Assembly (NCBI GenBank): GCA_963666835.2
Contig: CAXXGO010000006.1
Location: 288,001-352,000 of the forward strand
Direction of reading: 5' to 3'
Length of the DNA: 64,000 nt
Source of the DNA: Phycisphaerae bacterium
GTDB lineage: Bacteria; Planctomycetota; Phycisphaerae; UBA1845
A program made the translations under genes and the position numbers. The notes beneath the pieces were generated by a model that was given only the letters and a program-made list of their open reading frames with translations, searched no databases and was not told where the DNA came from. Positions 10,489 to 21,388 of the stretch are shown here, piece by piece; positions within the stretch are counted from its first letter, which is position 1; every line of letters begins with the position of its first letter.

Positions 10489-13400
10489 TTACTCGGCCGG
10501 TGTTTCCGGTCGAGTGACAGCCAACCGACTCTGCAAATCCTGGAAAAGTGTGAACATGGCCGGGACCACTACGAGCGTGAACATCGTCGAGACCAGCAGA
10601 CCGCCGAGGACCACGCTGCCCAACCCGCGATACAGCTCGCTACCCGCACCCGGCATGATGACCAGCGGGGCCATGCCGAATACGGACGTCATTGCACTCA
10701 TGAAGATCGGGCGCGTGCGGGTCTGAACCGACCGAACCACCGCCGCCCCGGGAGCCATGCCTTCCAGACGTTCGAAGTTCAGTGCCTGGTGGACAATCAA
10801 GATCGCGTTGTTCACTACGATTCCGACCAGGATTACGAACCCCAGCATGGTCAAAACGTCAAGCTGCTGAATGGGCGAAGTGACATCGTAAAGGCTCACA
10901 ACGTGTACTATACTGAGAGCTGCAAAACCTCCGACTGCTGCCAGCGGAACCGAGAACATGATCACGAACGGGTACGCGAACGACTCGAACAACGCGGCCA
11001 TCAGTAGATACGTAATCAGCAAGGCAAGAATGGCCCGCGATTGGGCGACGGCGAGAACCAGCGGATAGTTTACTGCCAATAATACGACACTCAGCACGAC
11101 AATGCCGCCGGTAAGCAGTCGCAATCCCATTCGACGACCGGCGAATCGCCAAGTCACTCCCGCCCCCGCCAGCAGCAAAGCCAGAACGGCCCCGATGACC
11201 GTGGTTCCGGAGAATCCGAAGAACTCCCGAGCGCGGATCGTACCGGCAAAGTCGCCCACCAGAGCCCTCTGGGTCTCGGTCAGCTTGTCCGCCGTGCCGG
11301 CCAGGATCGTCGATACCGCCGAAGGAACAATGCCCGCAGCGCGCAACGGGCCGATGACGTCCTCGCGCAGTTCCCGCATAGTCTCCTGCAGGGCAACGCC
11401 GGTTTTGGGCTTTACCGACAGAGTAACGGCACTCATTTCCTCGATGTGCTTGATCTGTTGCGGAGCCGTAGTACGCCGGAACTCGACGACCGAGTCGATC
11501 GGTACGCCGTGCCCGGTAGGCGTAATGATTGGAATCTGGCCAATCTCATCGACGGTGGCGCTTTTGGTACCGGCGACCGTTAGGGCCATGTCGATCTTGT
11601 CCCCATGATCGTTGTACTCGCCGACGAACGCCCCTTCGATACAAGCCTCCACAATGAAACCGACGTCGGCAACGTCGAGCCCGACGTCGGCCGCCCGAGT
11701 GCGATCGGGGACAATCTGCACTTCCGGACGCCCCAGGGCGAAGTTGGCCGGATTGGGCGACGGGTACTCGTATCCCTTCTCCATCACTGCGCCCATTATG
11801 GCGCCGGCGGAGGCCACGACCGCATCATAGTCGTCGCCCCGCACCTCGATATCCACGGTTGCACCACCGCTAACTCCGCCGCCGAACAGGGATGTTTGAC
11901 TGAAAGCGGCGAAGACCCCCGGCAGGCGCTGCCCCGCTTGGGTCAAGGCGTGCTCCAGCGGTTTCACATTGGTCGGCACCTTCGAACTGGAGCCCATGAA
12001 CGCCTGACCGCCCCACGCCACGAAGAAGAAATCCTCAACCGGCGGCGGTACAACAGTGCGAACATCCGGTTCCTGGCCGGGCGCGAGGTCCGTTGTGCTG
12101 CCGACCGGGATAGTCACCGGAGGAAGCAGCTTGGCCTCTGCGGAACCCAACTCAGCCTCCCACGATGCGCGGATTCCGTCGTATGGGTCTTCCGGATCGC
12201 CCTCTTCAACCACCGACGCCATCCGCCGGAACTCCTCCATCGAGTACCCCGGCGGAGTAAAGATGAACCCGAAGACCAGATTCTGATTACCGGCCGGCAA
12301 GTACTCCGCCGGCGGGGCGAGCGCCCAGCTCCCCAACAACGCCAAGCCGGAGATTCCACCGACCACGGCTATGCGGGTGCTCACGTGGCGGTTGATCGCA
12401 GCCACCATAGTCGACACGCGCTGGGCTACCCACCAGGGCTTATCCTCGCCAAGCGCATGCGCTCGGGAGGCGTGGAAGTACTTTGCCGCCAACGGTGGGA
12501 TCACAAGCACCGAAACAACCAGTGATAACCCAACGGTGGTGGCAATGGCGATCGCGATGTCCTTGAAGAGCTGCCCCGCCTCCTCCTGAATCGTAATCAC
12601 CGGCAGGAAGACCGCCATCGTCGTGAGGGTGCTGGCTAATACCGCTCCCCACACTTCACGAGCACCGTCGAGCGCGGCTTGGGCCTTGCTCTTACCCATC
12701 GACCGATGCCGGTAGATGTTCTCGAGAACCACAATCGCGTTATCAACAACCATACCGACCGCGAAAGCCATCCCGGCCAGGAGCACGACGTTGAGCGTGC
12801 GGTGGAGCATGGTAATGACCAGGAATGTCCCGATCACCGAGATGGGAATCGCCAGCGCAATGATCCCCGTAGCGCTGGCGCTGCGCAGGAACAGCATAAG
12901 GACCACGGTAGCGAGCAAACCGCCGAGGAAGATATTCTTGATGACCAGCCAGATCGCGCTCCAGATGTACACCGTCTCGTCGTAGACTTGGGTCAGCTCG
13001 AGCCCTAAGCCCCGTGGTTCCAGCAGCTCACGATTGACGAATCTGATGCGCTCCTGCAGGTTCTCCATCGTCTTGATGACGTTGGCCCCGGTCTCCCGGC
13101 GGGCGGGCATTGCCAAGACGAACTGTCCCTTACTGCGCACGAAGGCATACTGCTTCTTGAACCCGTCAATGACCGTCGCCACGTCCCGGACGAAAATCGG
13201 CCCGCCTTCCCGAAAGGCGATCACCGTATTCGCGATGTCCTCCATCGTGCGGTATTCGCCTACCGTGCGGAACGTGTAGTCGCGTTTGCCCAGCGCAATC
13301 GTTCCGGCCGAGATGTTGCGATTCTGACTCCGCAACGCCTCCTCGACATCGCGAAACGTCAGCCCGCGGGCCGCAAGGAGAAAGGCGTCCACCTCGATCT

Positions 13401-13956
13401 GGACCTCACGCTCCAGACCGCCGTAGACCGGTACCTCGGCCACCCCCTCCGCCCGCTCGAGCTGCGGTTTGACTTTGTCCTCGACAAAGGTCTTGAGGTT
13501 GGCAATATCCTCGCCATCCTTGGAGTAGAGAATCAGCCAGGCAATCGTGTTGGTCATCTCGTCGTCGGTGGGCGACATGATCGGTTCGTCCACCTCTTCG
13601 GGATAGTCGGGAACCTGGCGGAGTTTGTCTGAGACATCCCGGTAGGCGATGTCCTTATCGACCTCGACGGGGAACTCCAGGCGAACCGAGGCCATGCCCT
13701 CCTGCGAGGTCGAGATCATCTTCTTGAGGTTGGTGACGCTCTTGAGCTTCTCTTCCTGCTGATCGACGATCTCGCTTTCGACTTCCTGCGGGCTCGCCCC
13801 AGGCCAGGCCGTCGTAACGGTGATGATCGGTTTGTCGACGTCCGGAGTAAGCTGAACGGGAATCGCGAACAGGCACAGCAGCCCAAACAACACCATCAAG
13901 ATCACCGCCACGGAGACCTTAACCGGATTGTCGATCGCGAATCTGATGATCCCCAT
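10489..13956 (-). CDS. RND family efflux transporter permease (AcrB/AcrD/AcrF-like)
   Basis: GMVVDNAIVVLENI, GIVVNNAIL, RTRPIFMS; 1155 aa. Confidence 0.95.
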   Translation of the reverse strand: MGIIRFAIDNPVKVSVAVILMVLFGLLCLFAIPVQLTPDVDKPIITVTTAWPGASPQEVESEIVDQQEEKLKSVTNLKKMISTSQEGMASVRLEFPVEVDKDIAYRDVSDKLRQVPDYPEEVDEPIMSPTDDEMTNTIAWLILYSKDGEDIANLKTFVEDKVKPQLERAEGVAEVPVYGGLEREVQIEVDAFLLAARGLTFRDVEEALRSQNRNISAGTIALGKRDYTFRTVGEYRTMEDIANTVIAFREGGPIFVRDVATVIDGFKKQYAFVRSKGQFVLAMPARRETGANVIKTMENLQERIRFVNRELLEPRGLGLELTQVYDETVYIWSAIWLVIKNIFLGGLLATVVLMLFLRSASATGIIALAIPISVIGTFLVITMLHRTLNVVLLAGMAFAVGMVVDNAIVVLENIYRHRSMGKSKAQAALDGAREVWGAVLASTLTTMAVFLPVITIQEEAGQLFKDIAIAIATTVGLSLVVSVLVIPPLAAKYFHASRAHALGEDKPWWVAQRVSTMVAAINRHVSTRIAVVGGISGLALLGSWALAPPAEYLPAGNQNLVFGFIFTPPGYSMEEFRRMASVVEEGDPEDPYDGIRASWEAELGSAEAKLLPPVTIPVGSTTDLAPGQEPDVRTVVPPPVEDFFFVAWGGQAFMGSSSKVPTNVKPLEHALTQAGQRLPGVFAAFSQTSLFGGGVSGGATVDIEVRGDDYDAVVASAGAIMGAVMEKGYEYPSPNPANFALGRPEVQIVPDRTRAADVGLDVADVGFIVEACIEGAFVGEYNDHGDKIDMALTVAGTKSATVDEIGQIPIITPTGHGVPIDSVVEFRRTTAPQQIKHIEEMSAVTLSVKPKTGVALQETMRELREDVIGPLRAAGIVPSAVSTILAGTADKLTETQRALVGDFAGTIRAREFFGFSGTTVIGAVLALLLAGAGVTWRFAGRRMGLRLLTGGIVVLSVVLLAVNYPLVLAVAQSRAILALLITYLLMAALFESFAYPFVIMFSVPLAAVGGFAALSIVHVVSLYDVTSPIQQLDVLTMLGFVILVGIVVNNAILIVHQALNFERLEGMAPGAAVVRSVQTRTRPIFMSAMTSVFGMAPLVIMPGAGSELYRGLGSVVLGGLLVSTMFTLVVVPAMFTLFQDLQSRLAVTRPETPAE

Positions 13957-15245
13957 TAGTGGCCGCCCTCCGGCGGATTGCCGGCCGGCATCGCAATCGG
14001 AGTGCCCTTTTCATCGACTATCAAGATTGGCGTGGGAAACGGCATCATGTGTTCATTACCACGAGTAATGACTGACATGCCCGGATGAACATTGCCGGAG
14101 GTGATCGTAATCCACTCTCCGGTGTCCGCGCCGACCGTAACACCCATCAACATACCGGTAATATTGCCCATCTGGTCGGGCATCGTAATAGCAATGTGCG
14201 CGATGCCCCCTTGCTCCACAATGGCGTCCTTCGGGACGGCTATGACCGGGCCGCGGGGGCCGGCCGCGACCGTTGCTCGGGCGAACATCGCACCTGCCAG
14301 CGTGCCCGCGGAGTTGTCCAACTCGATCTCCACCGGGAAGGTCCGCGCCCGCGGATCCGCATCACGCATAATGTGTTTGATTCGGCCGATGAACGAATCG
14401 TGTAGAGCATCCACGCTCACCCGAACCTCGTCCCCTTCCGAAACATGCGGCAATGCTGCTTCGGGCAGATCAACCTGCACCAGCACTGTGGACAAATCGA
14501 CGAGTTCGGCGATCTGACCACCTTCCGGCACCCATTCGCCGATCTCCGTGTTCCGGGCTATTACGTAGCCATCGAACGGTGCCCGGATGGCCGTCTTGCG
14601 CAGATCTCCGGCGATCCGATCGACCACGGCCTGCTGCTCCGCCACCTCGAACGCCGCCCGGGCGATCTCCTCGGCCCGCGGTCCGGCCACCCCCAGATCG
14701 AAATTGGCCTGGGCGGCGATCTTCTGCTGTTCGGCCGCCAGGAAACTCGCACGCGTGTCCGTCTGTTCCTTCTGGTTCGAGTCTCGACCGGCGTACAAGC
14801 GATTGATGCGGTCCATCTCGAACTTCCACCGGTCGAACTCGGCTACCGCTTCCTCGAGCTGGGCCTTACGGCGGGTTAGCTCCTCCGGGCGCGTTCCGGC
14901 CAGGAGTTCTTCGTGGTAGGCGTTTAGCGCGCCCAAGCGCGCTTGTGCCTCTGCCAGGCGGTGCGTGAAGGTCTCGTTGTTGAGGCGGCAGAGCACGTCG
15001 CCCGCCGAGACTCTGTCACCCTGGCGTACCGGCATCTCCGCGACTATCCCGGCGATCTCGGACCCCAACCGGCTTCGCCGCACCGGGAGAACAGTCCCGA
15101 CCAATACGATCGCGGAGGGCGCCTCGACCATGCGGGCTTCTGCCACAACTACCTTTGTAGCAGGCATTTGCGCCGATACGCTCACCGAGCAAACCAGCCC
15201 CGCGAGCACAGCCCCGGCGAGTGCCTTTCGTGTCTTCATTCGCAT
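13956..15245 (-). CDS. RND efflux periplasmic adaptor (membrane fusion protein)
   Basis: Signal peptide, V.QGDRV..GDVL lipoyl half-motif, IRAPFDG, RTFPV, VPKDAI; abuts the permease. Confidence 0.93.
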   Translation of the reverse strand: MRMKTRKALAGAVLAGLVCSVSVSAQMPATKVVVAEARMVEAPSAIVLVGTVLPVRRSRLGSEIAGIVAEMPVRQGDRVSAGDVLCRLNNETFTHRLAEAQARLGALNAYHEELLAGTRPEELTRRKAQLEEAVAEFDRWKFEMDRINRLYAGRDSNQKEQTDTRASFLAAEQQKIAAQANFDLGVAGPRAEEIARAAFEVAEQQAVVDRIAGDLRKTAIRAPFDGYVIARNTEIGEWVPEGGQIAELVDLSTVLVQVDLPEAALPHVSEGDEVRVSVDALHDSFIGRIKHIMRDADPRARTFPVEIELDNSAGTLAGAMFARATVAAGPRGPVIAVPKDAIVEQGGIAHIAITMPDQMGNITGMLMGVTVGADTGEWITITSGNVHPGMSVITRGNEHMMPFPTPILIVDEKGTPIAMPAGNPPEGGH

Positions 15246-15330
15246 CTTTGCCGCAACACCCCCCAGGGAGGCCGGTCCGTCTGGACCAAAACCCTTTCAA
15301 TGCGTGTAATATAGCTATCGGGATAATATT

Positions 15331-16227
15331 GTGAAGAAGAGGTACGTTTCTTTACGACCGCGAACCGTCAATCGGATTGGCGTCCGACCGCTCAGCGGTT
15401 CGAAGAAGGGGACTGGCTCCGAGCCGACTCCCACTTACGGTATCAAGAGACACCTTCGGCGAGGTGCCTGTACCCTCTTTCAGCAGGCTGTTAGCGTGCT
15501 CTTCCCCGCAAGCTGCGAGTTGTGCGCGCGACCGGCCGAGCCGGCGGGCGATGATATCGGACTGTGTTCTGATTGCGCCCGGAGCATCGCCCGCGAAAGA
15601 AGCGAGCCGGCGTGCCCGACGTGCGGCGCGTCGGTGGCGTTGCACGAGGTTTCCGGCGATCGCTGTGGCGAGTGCCGCGATCGGCCGGCTCGGTTGACCG
15701 GCACGGTGCGGGTCGGGCCCTACGCGGATCATCTGGGGCGACTCCTGCGCATGTTCAAGTTCCATGCCCGGGAAGATCTCGGCACGATCCTGGCCGGTTG
15801 GCTCGCCGACGCGATTGTCCAGGCTCCGTGGCTTGATCGCGTAGAGGCCGTAACCTATGTGCCAACCCATTGGCGGCGACGGATCAGTCGTTCGTTCTAT
15901 CCCGCCCGGTTCCTGGCGAAGATCGTATCTGCCCGGACCGGTATTCCCCTGGTGCCTCTTCTGCAGCGGGTCCGGCCCGGGCCGCGGCAAGTCGGGCTGA
16001 GTTTCACCCAACGGGCCCGCAACGTCCGCGGGGCGTTCGCCCTTCGCCGGGGGGTGTCATTACACCGAGCCCGCGTGCTGGTAATCGACGACGTCAAAAC
16101 CACCGGAGCCACAATCGGGGAGTGCGCCAAAGTGCTGAGGCAATCCGGGGCCGCAGAAGTATTCGCCGGAGTGATCGTAAGAGTCCGCGGCGCCCGCCCC
16201 GGAGCCCGCCTCCCGACCACCCTGTGA
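15331..16227 (+). CDS. comF: ComF family amidophosphoribosyltransferase-like protein with double zinc ribbon
   Basis: LFPASC..C, CPTCG, RARNVRGAF, LVIDDVKTTGAT PRPP motif; start uncertain. Confidence 0.88.
   Translation: MKKRYVSLRPRTVNRIGVRPLSGSKKGTGSEPTPTYGIKRHLRRGACTLFQQAVSVLFPASCELCARPAEPAGDDIGLCSDCARSIARERSEPACPTCGASVALHEVSGDRCGECRDRPARLTGTVRVGPYADHLGRLLRMFKFHAREDLGTILAGWLADAIVQAPWLDRVEAVTYVPTHWRRRISRSFYPARFLAKIVSARTGIPLVPLLQRVRPGPRQVGLSFTQRARNVRGAFALRRGVSLHRARVLVIDDVKTTGATIGECAKVLRQSGAAEVFAGVIVRVRGARPGARLPTTL
15391..15495. repeat. ~100-bp MITE-like element with imperfect terminal inverted repeats inside the 5' end of comF
   Basis: CAGCGGTTCGAAGAAGGGGACTGGCTCC resembles the reverse complement of the right end, CAGCCTGCTGAAAGAGGGTACAGGCACC. 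Confidence 0.55.
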
Positions 16228-16298
16228 CCCCGGCGCCCGCACCACGTCACGCTCCACGGGTCAACAAACCGCGCCATGACACGCGGTTGTCATAACTT

Positions 16299-16954
16299 GT
16301 AGGGCACGGTCGAGGTACGAGACCTGCCAGCAAGGCCGCAATGGCCCGGGTCGCACGACGATGTGCCACCCGCGCGGCTCGCGGGATCAGCCCGTCAGGG
16401 CGACAGCTCTGCCCAGCCCGTGGCGTGAGCCGCGGGATCGAGTCGCACATCGGTCCCAGCCCCCAGGGCGGCACTTCGATGCTCGAAGGGGTCCCGCTAG
16501 TCGCCAACGTGCTTTCCGTATGATGTCGAATCACCGGTGTCCGCCGGGTGGCCCGGTCCTCTTGGGCTTGGCGTGTGTTTCGGTCTATGGAGGGTTGTCG
16601 GAGTGGAACACACCGGACCCGGGGGAGCCCATGATCCGCCGCGTTCTCACGGCCGCCGCGGTATTGGCATCACCCGTGCAGGTCTTCGCGAGCTGCGCGC
16701 CGTTGCGGCAGGTCTCGTACCTCGACCTGCCCTACAGCGTGGTTCGCTGCGCTCCACCCGTGGCCACATGCCCACGTTCCTAAGGGAATGCGTATCGACC
16801 AAGGGCGAGTCGCTTACGCTCGCCGTACTGAGTACGACGCCCTGCTTATAGACCAGCGTCGGCGGGTGTAGGGCACCATCGAGGCCTGAGACCTGCCATC
16901 AACGCGCGCGTCGCGCAGACGTTGCGGCAGGTCTCGTACCTCGACCTGCCCTAC
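16299..16954. repeat. GTAG-foot REP cluster (family C) and composite palindromic element
   Basis: GTAGGGCACGGTCGAGGTACGAGACCTGCC-like units at 16299(+), 16707(-), 16868(+), 16926(-); the last two form an inverted pair. Other copies at 9745, 10252, 39812, 63568. Confidence 0.85.
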
Positions 16955-16974
16955 AAGCTCAGCGCGAGCGGGAG

Positions 16975-17724
16975 TTACTCTTTGGACAGCTCCGTAATCA
17001 CGTCGTCGGGAACGTCGGAATTGGAGTACACGGCATCCACGTCGTCGTGATCCTCCAAGGCGTCGATCAGCCTCATCACCTTGCGGGCTTTGGCCAGATC
17101 CAACGTGATCAGATTCTCCGACACCATGGAAAGATCCGCCGATTGAATCTCGATGCCGGCCTCGGTAATCGCCTGCCGAACATCCTCGAAAGCCTCCGGG
17201 CTGCACGTGATTTCGTGGATCATCTCTGATGAATCAACGTCGTCGGCACCCGACTCCAGAGCGATCTCCATAATCTTCTCTTCCGGAGCCTTCTCTACAT
17301 CGATAACGATGACGCCCTTTTGAGCGAACTGGAAAGCCACGCAGTTCTGAGCCCCGAGATTGCCGCCGGCACGTTCGAAGATCTTCTTGATCTCGGCGCT
17401 GGTCCGGTTGCGATTGTCGGTAACGGCCAGGCACATGATGGCCACCCCGCCCGCGCCGTACCCTTCGTACAACACATCTTCGTAGCTTTCGCCTTCCAGC
17501 TCCCCGGTGCCCTTCTTAATGGCCTTTTCAATGGTGTCCTTCGGCATATTGCCGCCTTTGGCCTTGTCAATCGCCAGGCGCAAACGAGGGTTGTCGTCCG
17601 GGTTACCGCCGTTCTTGGCGGCCATGGTGATAGCGCGCGCCAGCTTACTCCAGGCCTTGCCGCGTTTGGCATCAAGGGCGGCCTTCTTATGCTTGATCGT
17701 GGACCATTTCGAATGTCCGGACAC
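16975..17724 (-). CDS. yebC: YebC/PmpR family protein
   Basis: MSGHSKWSTIKHKK, YEGYG, TDNRNRT, LEDHDDV. Confidence 0.97.
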   Translation of the reverse strand: MSGHSKWSTIKHKKAALDAKRGKAWSKLARAITMAAKNGGNPDDNPRLRLAIDKAKGGNMPKDTIEKAIKKGTGELEGESYEDVLYEGYGAGGVAIMCLAVTDNRNRTSAEIKKIFERAGGNLGAQNCVAFQFAQKGVIVIDVEKAPEEKIMEIALESGADDVDSSEMIHEITCSPEAFEDVRQAITEAGIEIQSADLSMVSENLITLDLAKARKVMRLIDALEDHDDVDAVYSNSDVPDDVITELSKE

Positions 17725-17766
17725 TGCGCTACTCCTTCATCACTTCCTTCGGTCCAATCTCGTCCC

Positions 17767-20700
17767 TCAATCCGCCGACACTTCTTCCGCGTCCGCAGGT
17801 TCGTCCGACGCCAACGGTGCTACGTCGGGGACCCCGCCGGATCGAGCCGCTTCAATCTTGGCGGGCGAAGACTCCCGCACACGCCGATAATCGGCGCTTA
17901 TGGCCTCCGCTTCGGGGTCGCTCGCTTCGACCGCAGTTACCGCAGCCGTCCAGTGGGCGATGGCCTCATCCGCCAAGCCCAACCGCCAGCAGGCGTCACC
18001 CAAGTGGTCCAGAACCACCGGGTCCCCACCGGCGAGGGCGCGGTTGGCTCTACCGAGCCACTTCCTGGACTCGGCAAACTCGCCCTTCTTGTACATCAGC
18101 CAGCCGATAGTGTCGAGATAGGCGCCCTGCCGGGGCGCCTGCCAGACCACGAACCGGATCATCGCCTCGGCTTCCTCGAGCCGGACCCCACGATCGATCC
18201 AGCCGTACGCTACGTCGTTGTTCAGATGGACGTCGTCCGGCCTGAGGATCAGGGCTCGTTCCATAGTCTGGGCGGCCTGTGAATCCTCTTCGAGTTCTTG
18301 TTGAGCCCAAGCCAGGGCGAGCAGATACCCGAACCGCGTGTTGGGATCGGGGGCCTCCTCCAGCCAGGCTTGGATCTGCTGTTCAGCCTCACGCGATCTC
18401 TCTGCGGCGATAAGTTCCTGAGCCAGGTTCAGACGCAGCCCGGTAAGGCGGTCGCTTACTGTCGAGAACGCATACGGCTCGTCCGGAAGCCGGATCATCT
18501 CCTCGCGGTCGGTAACGCTCGCCATCTGATCGAAGACCGGCTCCTCCATCGCCCTCAATACGGAAAGTGCTCCGTCGAGGAGATCTTCGATCCACTTGAT
18601 GCACTCATCCTGATGCCCGGCCTGCTTCAGCAGGCCGATCATACTGTTCTGGAACGCCTGCCGGTTGGAAGTGTGCAAGAGCCGGCTTCTCACCAGCTCG
18701 ATGGCGTCGTCGGCCCGTTCCGCATTGGCCAGAACAGATGCCATAAGCGCAACCGGCCGGTCGTTTTCCGGGTCGTCATAGAACCACTCGAGCGCCGTCT
18801 GGGCCGCCCGGTCGTTCTGCCCGGCGGCGACCAGCGTCTCGGCTAGGGCGCTTTGAACGGTCCGGTCGGTCGGATCCGTCTTCCGGCGAGCCTCGAGGAT
18901 TGGGACCGCCTTGGATGCCTGTCCATCTTGAACGAAAGCACCGGCAAGGCGCGCGGCCCACTCCCAATCGTCCGGGTCATCCGCCGCCCATTTCTTTATC
19001 AAGGCAATCGCTTCGGCCGATTGCTCGTCCACCCACAACGTGTCGAGAAGAAGGAGGCGGTACTCGTCCCGGGCGGTTTTGTCCAGGTCCTGACGTGCCA
19101 GCCACTCCTGCAAGAGGGTCAACGCCGTGTCGTAGTCCTGAATGTTCAGATGGAGTTCGATCAGATGTCGCCGCCACGAGGCCCGGTTCGGCCGGCGCGG
19201 CAGCAACTCGGTAAGATAAGCGATGGCATCCTCCCAGAGCAGCAGACGCTGGCAGACGCGCACCAACCCCAACATCGCCTCTTCGTTGACCGGCTCGATC
19301 TCTAAAGCGGCAAGGTATGCCCGGCGAACCGGTTCCTGGTCCTCGTCGAACTCGCTATAGCTATCCGCCACTGCGATCCAGGTGCGGGCGTCGGCCGGGT
19401 ATCGCCCGAGAGAATCCTGCAACGCGGCCCGGTACTTCGCCGGGTCTTGCGGAGGGAAATCGCCCAGGGCGGCTTCGCAACGCCCCTTCACGGCCGGCGT
19501 CGTGGCCCGCCGGTTCAACTCCTCAAACTCGCCGAACGCAGCGTCGACTTTACCCTCTCTCAGATACAGAAAGCCGAGCAACTCGCGAGCCCGCTCATGG
19601 TCCGGATTCCTTTCCAGCAAGATGCGCAGTTGCCGTTGGGCCTGGAGAGGCCGGCGCGAGCGCCGGTACAGCTCGGCCAGGTCCAACATGGCCTCGGTAT
19701 CGTCGCGGTCGAGTTGACTGGCCGCTCTGAGATGCTGCTCTGCTCCGTTCTCATCGTCCAACCGATCACAGATTTCCCCGAGAATCCTCTCCAACACCGC
19801 AGCTTCCGGCACTTCCGCCTCTCGGCGGCCCGCAACTTGGAGAGCCTCGGCGTAACGGTATTCGCGCAGAAGGAGCCGCGCCAAACTTACCCGCGCCGGT
19901 AGGAATTCAGGTCGATGGGTCAGAGAGGCCCTGAACCAGCGCTCTGCCAACTCCGCTAGTTCTGACGCGCTTGCGAGAACCCCGCGGACATAGGCCGTTG
20001 CCTCGTCGTCCTCACTCGCCTCCGGCTCCTCGAGTATTTCACTCGGGATCCCGGCGGGACGGCTCGAGGACGTTAGCTCCGCCGTCAGTGCATCCGCCCG
20101 CTCCGGGTCGAGCCGGATTCCATCCGCGGCAATCCGAACAGCCTCGTGCCACATCCCCGCCCCGGCCAGCGATCGAATCAGCCGCCCTCGAACGTCAGCC
20201 GCGTCTGGGTGGCGGAGCAAATACCCCTGCAACACCCGGCGCATTTCGTCCGGCTGTTGCGCGTTCTGCAGGGCGTCGGCCAGATGCAGGACCAGCCGCG
20301 ACTCGTCCGGTCTGGCGGACAGTCGATCTCGTATATCATCCGCCAGGCGCTCCGGGTGCCCGGCTTGGAGGTGAAGCTCGCGCAGCAGATCGATCACCTC
20401 GTCGTCATCCGAACTGATCGCGCGGGCTGCAGTTCGAGCCTCATCGAGCCGCCCGGCCTGCATCATAAGCCGCACATACCGCATGCCGAGCGCCGCATCG
20501 TCTTGGTTGGCCGCCACCGCGGGCGTCAGCACGTCGGCCGCCTCGGAGAACCTCCCCAGCCGCTCCAGGATTGCGGATCGAGATTCCCCGGTCGATCCGT
20601 TGGTCACCTGTAGCAGCGCCGACAAGGCCGGCGGGCCCGCGGCAACCGGGTGCGCAGACGCCGCTTTCTCGAAAGCCGCATACTCCTCGAGCGCCGCGGT

Positions 20701-21303
20701 GAGATAGCCCTCAAGAGCCAGCGCTTCGGCAAGTTCATAGTGACAGAGCAGTACGAAGCCGGCGGCGCGATCGGCGGCCGAACAGAGTAGAACGGTGCGA
20801 TAGGCCGTGATCGCTCCGGCCAAGTCTCCGGCCTTTGCCCGGCAATGTCCTGAGACAAAACGCGCCCGCACGTCGCCGGGATCGAGCATCAACGCCTGCT
20901 CGGCATGCACGCCCGCCCGCCCGGCGTTACCGGCTTCCCAATGAAGCACCGCCAGTGCCGTGTGGATTTCCGGATGGTTCGGATCATAGCGAAATGCGGC
21001 TTCCAGTTCGACGGCGGCCTCGGTGTAACGCTGATCCGCCATCAGCGCTTGCGCGGTCTCGAGCTTTGCGGCGGATCGTTCAGACAGCGGTTTGCGAGAG
21101 TCAGGCCCTTCCGGCCTGGCCATTGCGGGTTGAATCTCGCCCAAGGCAATGAATGCCCTGGTCGGGTCGACATCCGCAGCTAATGTCGGGGCAGCCGGAC
21201 TCCGCCGCGCCGAAGTGGCACTGGTGGCACAGCCGGCGATGCTGAGCGCCAGAACCAGAAGAAACCCCGTCCCGTCCCGCCGAACTGATACGCACTCGTG
21301 CAT
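17767..21303 (-). CDS. Large TPR-repeat lipoprotein
   Basis: IAGC lipobox, many TPR-like helices, C-terminal YLDTIGW..VLDHLGD motif. Confidence 0.88.
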   Translation of the reverse strand: MHECVSVRRDGTGFLLVLALSIAGCATSATSARRSPAAPTLAADVDPTRAFIALGEIQPAMARPEGPDSRKPLSERSAAKLETAQALMADQRYTEAAVELEAAFRYDPNHPEIHTALAVLHWEAGNAGRAGVHAEQALMLDPGDVRARFVSGHCRAKAGDLAGAITAYRTVLLCSAADRAAGFVLLCHYELAEALALEGYLTAALEEYAAFEKAASAHPVAAGPPALSALLQVTNGSTGESRSAILERLGRFSEAADVLTPAVAANQDDAALGMRYVRLMMQAGRLDEARTAARAISSDDDEVIDLLRELHLQAGHPERLADDIRDRLSARPDESRLVLHLADALQNAQQPDEMRRVLQGYLLRHPDAADVRGRLIRSLAGAGMWHEAVRIAADGIRLDPERADALTAELTSSSRPAGIPSEILEEPEASEDDEATAYVRGVLASASELAELAERWFRASLTHRPEFLPARVSLARLLLREYRYAEALQVAGRREAEVPEAAVLERILGEICDRLDDENGAEQHLRAASQLDRDDTEAMLDLAELYRRSRRPLQAQRQLRILLERNPDHERARELLGFLYLREGKVDAAFGEFEELNRRATTPAVKGRCEAALGDFPPQDPAKYRAALQDSLGRYPADARTWIAVADSYSEFDEDQEPVRRAYLAALEIEPVNEEAMLGLVRVCQRLLLWEDAIAYLTELLPRRPNRASWRRHLIELHLNIQDYDTALTLLQEWLARQDLDKTARDEYRLLLLDTLWVDEQSAEAIALIKKWAADDPDDWEWAARLAGAFVQDGQASKAVPILEARRKTDPTDRTVQSALAETLVAAGQNDRAAQTALEWFYDDPENDRPVALMASVLANAERADDAIELVRSRLLHTSNRQAFQNSMIGLLKQAGHQDECIKWIEDLLDGALSVLRAMEEPVFDQMASVTDREEMIRLPDEPYAFSTVSDRLTGLRLNLAQELIAAERSREAEQQIQAWLEEAPDPNTRFGYLLALAWAQQELEEDSQAAQTMERALILRPDDVHLNNDVAYGWIDRGVRLEEAEAMIRFVVWQAPRQGAYLDTIGWLMYKKGEFAESRKWLGRANRALAGGDPVVLDHLGDACWRLGLADEAIAHWTAAVTAVEASDPEAEAISADYRRVRESSPAKIEAARSGGVPDVAPLASDEPADAEEVSAD

Positions 21304-21388
21304 TAGGGATCACCATGCGGCTCTTTTTCGAGCCAATCGACCGGCAGCAAAGAGAGGGCGATCGCGCGGGTCCAGGCCCCGGCCCGGC

